A DNA stretch of 64,000 nt from Vitrella brassicaformis CCMP3155 (taxonomy: Eukaryota > Protista > Chromerida), in contig CDMY01000869.1 of NCBI GenBank assembly GCA_001179505.1, forward strand, positions 124,001-188,000, in the 5' to 3' direction. Of this stretch, positions 24,387 through 34,031 are shown piece after piece. The position numbers and the translations under genes were made by a program. The notes beneath the pieces were generated by a model that ran no database searches, was not told the DNA's origin, and was given only the letters and a program-made list of their open reading frames with translations. Position 1 is the stretch's first letter; each line of letters opens with the position of its first letter.

Positions 24387-25250
24387 CGATGGACTCACAC
24401 TTGGCTGCACACTTGCAAAATTGGCCTTGTGGACTCATGTCTGTAGCAGTGTCTTGAAATGTACACCAAGCAATGAAGACATGTATGTATCACGTAAGTA
24501 TGCAAGTATGGAGAGAGGAAAGCTGAGGTAGCCGTCTTGCCCGTCTCCCCCGCTGATCGTCATGCTGGAAAAAGAGCACCCCAAGAGCATTCGTTGAGCC
24601 AGGTAAGTAGCAAGACAGCCGCTCACAGACACGCATGAATGCATCACGCCAATTCACCCACCCACCCACCACATACCCATGTGTGTGGCACTATCTGACT
24701 CTGTACGGACGGATCCGTCAACGCATACGTACAGGCAGTAGTACACACACCACACCACACAATCAATGCACCACACCGACCACTGTCTACCAGTGAGTGA
24801 GTGCAAAAATCAAACAACGAGTGGATGGATCATCCATGTCATGCAGAGGCGTACTCGCCTGATCGATGGATCAATATTCCAGTGAGCCAGCCAGCACGTC
24901 GTGAAAGGGCAATTGCGTTGACACAAAGGGGTCTGTATGTCTCATCATCACGTCAATCAGTAGACTCACTCCCATCTCTTCATTGACATACAACATAGCA
25001 GCAGACAGCTGGCGGCGAGGCGAGGCGGGCAAAAACACTTGAGTGTGACAACAGGCAGACAAGCAACAGGGAGGGAGGGAGGAGGGCAGCTGGGGAAAGA
25101 CCGTACGAGGGTGCACTCATTCATGCAGCATTCGTGGAGGCAACAACAAGAGGGGACCGATGTCACTACACCAAAGCTGCCCCCCTCCTCTCCTTGCCTG
25201 TCTGTCTGTCTGTCTGTCGCCTCTCCCCTCTGCACTCTCCCCTGTCCCTC

Positions 25251-26678
25251 TCAGACCTCGACAAGCTTCTTTTCTTCCGCAAAAGTGGCCGGGAGGCTGT
25301 CGCCCATGAGCATCTCCATCCTCATGTCCTCCTCCGCCTCGGCGCTCTCGTCCACGACCTCCTCCTCTCCCTCGATCGCCTCGCCCTCCACACCAGGTGG
25401 CACATCCATCGTCTCCTGGATGCGTGCAAACATCTCCAAGGCATCCTTGAGGTCGATGCCCTCAGGCGTCATGCCGCCCGCTGCCGCCTCGGCGGTCAGC
25501 TGCGCCTGCAGTGCCTCCGCCCCGCCAATGATCTCCGACACCTCCTGGGTGATGACGGCTTGTCGCTTCTTCTGGTAGTCGATCATGAGGGTGCCGGCGA
25601 CCTCCTTGGCGTTGTCAGTGGCGGCCTGCATGGACCGCATGCGCGCCCCCAGCTCTGCGGCGACGGCCTCCTGCAGACACCGAAGGACCTGCCCCTCGGC
25701 GTAGACGGGGAGGAGGGCGTTGATGATGGTGATGGGGTCCTGCAGCAGCTCGAGGTTGTCGATGTCCGCCGCCCGTGCCGGGGAGAGCTCTCGCTTCTCG
25801 ACTCGCACCTTGCCGGAGGTGGGGCTGGTGGTGAGGGTGAAGATCTCGTCGCCCTCGGTCTCGATGCCCTGGGGGGTGAGGGGCACGAGGGTGCGGATGG
25901 CGGGCTCGCTCTTGAGGAGGTTGATGAACTTGGTGTAGACGATCTCGATGCGGTCCGTCTCGAAGTTGATGAAGTCCTGCAGGATGGACCTGAAGATCTC
26001 GCCGGCCTGCTGGGCCGTCGGGGAGGTGGTGCACTCGTAGCCCCTCTCCCAGCCCTCGGTCTTGCGCAAGAAGCTGTTTGCCTTGAGGCCGACCGTCACG
26101 AGCCGCACCTTGAAGTCCTGGTTCTCCAGCTCCAGGATCCTGTCCTTGGCCCGCTGGATGACTTGCGAGTTGTACGAACCGCACAGCCCGCGGTCGCCCG
26201 ACACCACAATGAGCGTGACGGTCTTGGGGTCCGGCCGCGTGTTGAGCAGCGGGATCTCGTTGGTGTCCACGAACTGGGTGGTCTTGCGCAGGTAGTTGAG
26301 CATCCCAGATATCATCGACTGGATGCCAGCGTTGAACGGCCGATTCAAAATCACCGCGTCCTGCGCACGACGCACCCGGGCGGCCGCCACGGCCTGCATG
26401 GCCTGGGTCAGCTTGGCTGTGTTCTTGACTGACGAGATCCGCTCCTTGAGCGTGAAAAGGTCACCCTTGCCCATCGAGATGCCGGGGGAGCGGGGAGAGA
26501 GCGCGCGATGCCTCGCCATGCGGCTGAGCACTGCGCTGTTGGCAAAGCCGTTCCTCCCACTGCCGACGCCTGGGCTGAGGAAGGCAGCACGCGAGGGGGA
26601 GGGGGGAAGGGATCTCGCTGCCGACGCCGTCGCCAATACCGCTGCCACCAGCGGCAGGGACGTGAGGCCACACTTCAT
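25251..26678 (-). CDS. atpC: Plastid ATP synthase CF1 gamma subunit; bipartite leader, intron-free CDS, acidic C-terminal extension
   Basis: LKERISSVKNTAKLTQAMQAVAAARVRRAQ, VVSGDRGLCGSYN, DEIFTLTT, ELGARMRSMQAATDNA and RQAVITQEVSEIIGGAEAL. Leader MKCGLTSLPLVAAVLATASAA-RSLPPSPSRAAF... Confidence 0.96.
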   Translation of the reverse strand: MKCGLTSLPLVAAVLATASAARSLPPSPSRAAFLSPGVGSGRNGFANSAVLSRMARHRALSPRSPGISMGKGDLFTLKERISSVKNTAKLTQAMQAVAAARVRRAQDAVILNRPFNAGIQSMISGMLNYLRKTTQFVDTNEIPLLNTRPDPKTVTLIVVSGDRGLCGSYNSQVIQRAKDRILELENQDFKVRLVTVGLKANSFLRKTEGWERGYECTTSPTAQQAGEIFRSILQDFINFETDRIEIVYTKFINLLKSEPAIRTLVPLTPQGIETEGDEIFTLTTSPTSGKVRVEKRELSPARAADIDNLELLQDPITIINALLPVYAEGQVLRCLQEAVAAELGARMRSMQAATDNAKEVAGTLMIDYQKKRQAVITQEVSEIIGGAEALQAQLTAEAAAGGMTPEGIDLKDALEMFARIQETMDVPPGVEGEAIEGEEEVVDESAEAEEDMRMEMLMGDSLPATFAEEKKLVEV

Positions 26679-27003
26679 TTCGGCAGACAAACGCCACCTG
26701 CACAGAAAAAATGCCCACAAGCGTATCGATCCTTGGGCTTTTCGACTTCGCCAGATCCTGTGATGTCCGAATTCACCTGTTGTGATGCCTGTGGCTCTCG
26801 TCTTTCGCAGCGGGTTGGTGGTTGGTCGACCCTAACATATATCGCGCGAAACCGAAAAACGGGGGGTTTTGTTACACGGAAAACCCAACGTGCACGCCTC
26901 TTTTCTTTAATTGTGAGCCATCTCTCCACTACTGTCTACGTCTGTTGTTTCTCGTTATACATATTTTGTCCACAAAAGATCCGCCAACTTGACGATCATC
27001 ATC

Positions 27004-30000
27004 ATGACAGAGGCGACGAGGAGAGAGTCTCAGAGAGGCATCACCGTGGAAGGGGCAAAGAAGAAGTCGCAACTCATCCGCCAGCGGGTACGGGACATGT
27101 CCAGCCGCTCTCAAGGTCTCCCGCGCGGCGCTACGTGGCATTGCATGCATGCACTGTGTCTGTGCGTCCTTTCGCCTCGTTGTCTGGCGCAGATAGCGGC
27201 CTTGCGTGAAGGGGCGAGGCAGCGGAAGCAGAGATCCACCTGGAGCAGGCAGAAGCACCAGTGGGCCCAGCAGGCAAACAGACTCCTCCACGAAAGGTGA
27301 GACAGACAGACAGACAGACTGACTTGCAGGGAGGCAGGGAGGGAGGGAGACGGCACACTGGATGCATCTTGGCACGTGTTGCAGGCATGAGCTCGAGGCT
27401 GAGATCTCTCGCTTCGTTGCGACACACGGCAGCTTGCAGTGCGCCTCCGAGGATGAGACGGAGACAGGCAGTCAGCGGCCTCGCGAGGATGACGCCGGGT
27501 CTCCACAATACGGTCCTCTCTTCTCTGCCCTCCTGGCAACTGTGGATGCGCCGGCGGAAGCGTCAGATGCTGGCAGCCAGGCGACAGTGGCACGATTCTA
27601 CGGCAGGCTGGAAAAGGACCGAAATGCGTATCTGCAGAGTATCAGGGCCAAGGTGTGCACTGATTGAAAGGACACGCATTCGTTCAGGCTGCCAGGCTAG
27701 CTTGTCTGTGTAGTGAGTGCAGATTGGAGCCGCGGTGCCCAGCCCACATGACTCAACGCCTGCCGAATGCGATGAGCAGGCGATCTCGGGAGATAGAGAT
27801 GCCGCGGGCAAAATACCTCCCATCAGTGACGACGCCACAGCTGGCCCCTTGGACACGCCCAGCATTAAGACGAACATGCGTGCCCATCTCGGACGATACT
27901 TCGATCCACAGAGGCCCAAGCACATGACGGAACGCACTGCACAGTCCGCCCTCTGGAGCCTCACACACCCAGTACCACATAAACACGATGCCGCTGACCC
28001 CCTCACCCATCGAGCGCGCCCTAGTCTTCCAAGCAACAGCAACCGAGCGGCCTCTCCATCGAATGGGGAGGGACCGGGTTGTATGTCTGATTCGTGGGTG
28101 GCGTTGGCAGTGGTTGGCTCGTCGCTGCAGACGATGGGTGAGAAACTAACTGAGGAGTATCGGTGTGCGCTGCAGGGGCTGCCGGACGACACGCGGGCGC
28201 TGTTGAGAGATCACACTGTTGGACGAGCCGCCGACGGTGAGTAGGAAGCAGATGGGCAGGGGGATATCAAAAGTAAAAGCTCATTCCGTCTCTCTCTCTC
28301 TCGCTCTCCCCTTTCGATCAGATGATGGCTCCGACATCAGTGAGGCAGAGGAGTGCTTCCTCGGTCAGGAGGCACCCACACTCACACAGACCTTCCCTGC
28401 CCTCCAAGACACTCATCCAGCACCCCACCCTGCCATCAAAGACGCCCCCTCTCACCCACCATGCACACACGATGACGACAACCACTCGTCGTCGGCCGGC
28501 GAGACGACATCTGGTGTCACCTCATTCTTTCGCTCACATCCGTCGGCCATTCAGCACCGCTATCTGTCGTTGGTGCACCAGGCCGAGCAGGCCTTCCTGG
28601 ACCGATTGACAGAGCTGCGGCGAGAGAGGGCCTCTGTCAAGCTGCGGATGCAGCGGACAGTGACGGAGGCGGTTCATGAAGCCACTGCAGAGGGTGAGGA
28701 GGGTGAGGAGGGCCGTGTGGCTGTGGATGAGAACACATCGAAGAGTGAAGGGGACAATGATGAGGGCTGCACAACTTTGGCGGTGGCCGACGATGGCAGT
28801 AGCAGTGGCGATGGCGGTGGGTTCTTGGCGCGGTTTGATTTGCTATACCGGCAGTACTATGGAGGAGACTCCACAAAAGCGAGAACCGCACACGTATGGA
28901 CGTACATGGGCAGCCAGCTGGCCACTCGCACACAGTCCCTCAGTGTGTGTGTGTGTGTGTGTAATGCAGACAGACGAGCTGTTCATGGACCGGCTGACGA
29001 AGGAATGGCCCCACATAAACACGTATGTATGTCTGTATGTCTGTATGTTTGTATTTTTGCATATATATACGCATACACACGCTACGTCTTTCTTTGTGCA
29101 GGTCGTGTCTCCGCGGCTGTCGTCAGGACTATGAGGAGCTCCTGCTGCTGGCCCAGCACCACACCACCGCCATCAGACAGCACCGCAGACACAGATGGGC
29201 CATGCTTAAAGAAGCCAGGCATGAGTGGCAGACCTGCATCGACGACGCACGAAAGCGCCAGGAAGCTAATGAGCATCGGGCCAAGCAGAGAGCGGAGAAG
29301 GACCGGCTGACACGTGAGTTGGCCGATCGTCGCGTGCACTTCCTGGAGAAGCAGTGGCAGAAACAACGGAGGGAGGCCGCGCTGCAAAAGAGGTGACAAC
29401 CGACACACCCACACAACATTCACCCACACGATTTCGTGTATGTATGGCAATCAGCCGTGCCGAGGAGGCAGCCGCAGCCGAGGCCGCCTGGCAAGAGCAC
29501 GCCGCCAGGGTCAAACAGGCCGCAATGCGCTTCAGGTTAGACAGACAGGGAAGAGACATGAGTGGATGCATCTCTCCGTGTGTGTGCATTTGTGCAGGGA
29601 GGTGAAGGAGCAGCGTGCCGCGGCAGAGGAGGTTGCGCGGCACGATGCGGAGAGAGAGGCAGCAGAGCTGCTCAGACACCGACATATCATCAACTCACGT
29701 AACCAAGCACTGACGGGCAAAGAGAGATAGATCATCTGTGGTGGGTGCCTCTCGTCGCCTGGATATCTGTGTCCATTAGTCCGGCTGTGCCGTCGTCGGG
29801 AGATTGAGATATGGAAGCAGGAGGAGGCCGACCTCAGGAAACAAGCGGCCGAACAGCAAGCCGCTGATAGACAGGCACGCCTTGCCAGAGCGCTGCAGAA
29901 GTTTGCCGTCATTGCACCAAACGACCCTGCCAGGTGGGAGTGTGTGAGCGATGTTTGTCATCCATCCAAAAAAGGTGTGGTGGTTCGCGCGTACAGGCTT

Positions 30001-30561
30001 CTGAAGAGCCTCGAGTGCCACGAGATATGGAAGAAGGCCGACGACCCACATGTGAGGGAGAGAGAGAGACAAGGAAGGCGCTCAAGCAGGGAGGGATGGT
30101 GTGTGTTGTCTGGTGTGTGCAGGTGGCGTGTTTGGATTTGTTTCCGATGCGTGGCTTCAGCGAGGCGGCCCTCATGAAGGACACACGTTACAAACTGTCA
30201 GCAGCGCTGCAGGTAGGGAGGTACACAGACAGACAGACAGACACGCAGACAGACAGATAGGCAGGAAGTGAAAGATGGGTTGTCGATAGATACACACACA
30301 TACACAAAAATGCACAAACATGTACACAATAAAAGCAAGCAAGGAGACAGAGCACACGGTCTGTCTGTATCTGTGCACATGTATGTATGTATCTGTGTGT
30401 GTGTGTGTATGTGTGTGTGTATGCAGAATGCGGGTCTGTATGGGTCGTCGGCTGGGAGGTCAGCCATGCTGGCAGCACGACCGGCACAGCCCGCTCGTCC
30501 AGACACCATCACGCAGCCCATGAACCCACTCAAACAACAAAAAGGAATCGTGCAGCAGTAG
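27004..30561 (+). CDS. CCDC148: Coiled-coil domain-containing protein 148 homologue
   Basis: N-terminal 'KHQWAQQANRL', 'RQYYGGD' and a long coiled coil (RRVHFLEKQW...). The C-terminus RLARALQKFAVIAPNDPARL...LFPMRGFSEAALMKDTRYKLSAALQ|NAGLYGS matches the CCDC148 C-terminal pattern as I recall it. Confidence 0.75.
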
Positions 30562-31427
30562 AAAACGCAAAGGGAGAGGGAAGGACAGCAACCGGGCCAC
30601 CTTTTGCCCTGGTCTGTCTCACTGCCCAACCCTGCCCTCAGTGACTCGACGGTTCATTCCATTCAAGCAAACAGCATTGACAAGGAAGACGATCGCACCT
30701 TTTGTCATGAATCGATGAATCGATCAATTATCCAACACGCAACCACCCATTGCATGCAATCAAAGCAACCAGCCAAGGACGACCTGAATGAACGATTCCA
30801 GGGGCATTGAAGAACGATGCACACACACGCACACAGGCACGGGAAGGCGGCAAGCGATGCCGCGCACGCCAAAAAAGCCGCCCGAATTGGCTGACAAATG
30901 TGTGTGGGAGGATAGTAGTGGGACGGAGGCAGTCGGCTGACTCACTGACTCACTGTCAGGATGGAATGAACCACATCGTCGTGTGCTCGCACACAGAGAC
31001 TATAACAACAGGAACAGCAATAAGACACGACGCCAAACACCAGCCATCCAGGCTGATCCAGCCAGCCAGCCTACCTGTACACAAACACCAGGATGGCATG
31101 GCATGCATCTGTACGTACCTGTCTGTCTGTATAACACACTCATGTACAAATGTACGTATGTACAGACGTGTACGTACAGACACATACATATGTATGTACA
31201 CCATGCAGCACAAGCCCTGCCTGACACGCAAGCACGTACATGCCATGCATGCAACACATCCATGTACAAATTGCAAACAAACACCAAATGTAATGCTCAT
31301 TGATTGCACCCTGGCTACCTTTGCTCCCCCGCCCCTTTCCGCGCCCCAATGAACGTGGGCGGCGCCCTGTCGCCCGCGGCCTTTCTGCTTCCACGACCTC
31401 CTCCACGCCAATCCGCGGTGTGCTCAC

Positions 31428-33960
31428 CTACGTCCCTTCAGCCCCCCTCGTGGGCGATGTAGGCGTCGCCGACCCATACGCACTCGTCTCGGCGAACGAC
31501 AGGACACCCGGTCCCCTGCCCCACTGGTCAGGCTTGGCCGTCAGCACCCACAAGAGACCCACACCACCACCCCCTACAACCAGAAACGCGATAATACCCG
31601 CGGCGACCCATTCCAGGGTGCTGTACGAGGCCGGCGGGACGCTGGTGGTAGTCGTGTTGGTTTCTTCTTTGTCTGGTGTTGCAGCGACGTCACCGGACTG
31701 CCCCCTGATGGCGGAGGGGGGCTGGTCTGTGTGTGTGTCGGTGTCGCGTGAGGGTGAGGGTGAGGAGGGCGACCTGACTTCGTAGTCGGGGCCTGTCTCT
31801 TTGTCCTTGCTGATGGCGCCTGTCATACTGCCGGGTGGTTTGTCCACAACGCCTTGGTGAGCTGACGGCGGTCGCGTTGTCGTGGGTGTCGCCTCCTTGG
31901 GTGGTGCTTTACTCGATGAGGATGACGACAGAAACGCATTACCCTGGTCGGTCGGCTCGTCAGTGTCGTGGTAGTTGTCCTCATTGTAGTAATACTCCTT
32001 CAGGTCATCAGGCACCTCCGTCTGCTGCGGCACGTCTGGGGGAGCGGGTGGTGGTGTCGGCGGCGGCTGCGTGTGGGGCCGTCGTGGCTGCTGAGGGTCG
32101 GGCGGTTGTTGTGGTGGCTGTGGCGGGTCAGCATCAAAGACGGGTGGGGGATAGATGGTGACGTCGTCCTCGTCGTCGACATACTCACCCACCTGTTCCA
32201 ACAGCTGACCAATGTCCTGCCCCGTGCTCTCGCCGCCCTGTCCATCACCCGCATCGCCACCTCCATCTCCCGTCGAGCGGGGCGGAGCACCATTACCATC
32301 ATCACCGCCCTCGCCCTCGCCAGAGTCAGCCGCACCGCTCGGCCCGTACACCTCCCAGGGCTTGTCTGGCATCTGGTCGCCACCCTGCCCGTCGCCTGGT
32401 TGTGGCGGGTCCTCATGGCCCTCCGGATGGCTGTTGCCGCCGCCAGGACGTCGCCCGGTCTGGGGCGGCGAATTCCACTCCCCTTCTGGGACGCTCTCAG
32501 TCTGTGCCTGGGGCACCCGGGGTGGCTCCTGGGGGACGTCCTCATCAGGAGAGGGGGGCTGAGTCTGTGGGTCAGGGGGTGGTGTCTGGGGGTTTTCCTT
32601 GCCGTGGTCACGCAGATGTGCTGGCGGGCGGAACTGAGGCTCCTCGGTCCTCTTCCGTGGCTTCTTTGGCCCGGCGGAAGAGGGCGGGATGGGCGGCATG
32701 CCCGGCACCGAAGGGCGAAGGCGTGGCTCCCCATCTTCCCACTCGTCGAAGTAGTCGACGATCGCCCGGCACTTGGCGAGGACGGCCCGGCCTTTCTTGG
32801 TCTGGATGAACCGCTGGTACTTCTCTGGGTGCCGTTGAGGCCTCCGTGATGGCTTGGCGGTGGGGGGAGGGGGACTGCTCTCCTCCTCCTCACTTCCTTT
32901 ACTGTCGCCCCCGTCCGGCTGGTCTTGTTCGGCCTCCTTTGGGGAGGGTGCGAAGGGCGACTTCTTGACCTTGCGGCATGAGCAAATGACGTCATCACCC
33001 CCGCGCTCCTCCATCTCTACCCACTCGGCCGTGGCGGTCTCTGTGTGTGAGGGAGAAACAGAAAGAACCATTGGTGTCGGTTGGATTGGGTGTGGTGTTC
33101 TCTCACTGAGCCACATCACATACCGTTTGTGCCGCTCCCATCGAGGGGTTTGCCGAAGGCGGGAGGGGCCTTTGTTGTCGGTGCCGCGGTCGTGTCACGC
33201 GACGGCACGGCGAACAGCTTCTCGTCCTTGCTCTCCTTGGCACCGTTGTGGTTTGCTGACATCACATCGACAGGTCATGTCATGTCATGCAGATGTCGTC
33301 GTCACTGCATCATACATACGCCTACCTTGTCCTTCCTTCGGCTCTGGTTGAACTGTCGTATTGGGAGGCGCCTTGTCGTGTTGATCATCTTGGTCATTTT
33401 GGTTGTCTTGGTGTTCATCAATATCCGGTTTGCCCCACATGTCGCCCTCGTCTGCCCGAGAGGGAGGGAGGCCGAACACACTGCTGATGTCCTCAACAGG
33501 CCGACGAGAAGCTTCCGTCTCTGCGGCGCGAACACACATACACACACACACAGCCGTGCCGGAGCGTGTCGGCCTCTATCTATGATCATGCTCACTCACC
33601 GGAATCAGCTCTCGGCGATGGGCTCGGTTGTTGGTCGCCGCTCGTGTCGTCATCCGCCGGGTCTTCAGGAGGCTTGCCCCACGAGTTGTCATCGCCTTCG
33701 TCTGCCGCCGGGCTGACAGTGTGTAACAAGAACACACCGCTGTCGCCTGGAAAGGAACAGACATATAAGAGAAGCGGCCCACCTCAGCCCAGTTCAGCCC
33801 GTCCGCTGTATGTGTCCGTTGTCTGACCTTCTGAAGGCGCTGGCGCGAGGTGGCGACGGTTGAGGAGCTGCAGGGCGACGAGTGGGGAGTGCGTCCGGCA
33901 CGGATGTGTGCAGATGAGGAGAAACAGGGACAAAATGACGCCCAGGCCGCGTCGACGCAT
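31428..33960 (-). CDS. Type I membrane protein: signal peptide, Pro/Asp/Glu/Gln/Thr-rich mucin-like ectodomain, one TM helix, short tail
   Basis: MRRRGLGVILSLFLLICTHPCRT signal. Five phase-1 joined exons. TM WVAAGIIAFLVVGGGGVGLLWVL at ~31542-31610; stop at 31428. Confidence 0.75.
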
Positions 33961-34031
33961 CTAATATATATTTGCGACGCATCTCACATGTACTATTGTT
34001 TCATCCGTCTGGAACTATTGCTGGAATCGTC
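33961..34031. promoter_or_regulatory. 71-bp divergent spacer with palindromic AATATATATT
   Basis: ATGs at 33960 (-) and 34032 (+). AATATATATT at 33963-33972. Confidence 0.5.

Noticed and set aside
25134-26432. 432-aa plus-strand ORF opposite atpC
   Set aside because: Antisense shadow of a CDS with high G/C third positions; no independent protein features.
31428-33960. TRAP/MIC2 orthologue hypothesis for the type I membrane protein
   Set aside because: No vWA or TSP1 domain, and the tail lacks the acidic, penultimate-Trp signature; only the TM motif resemblance was kept.
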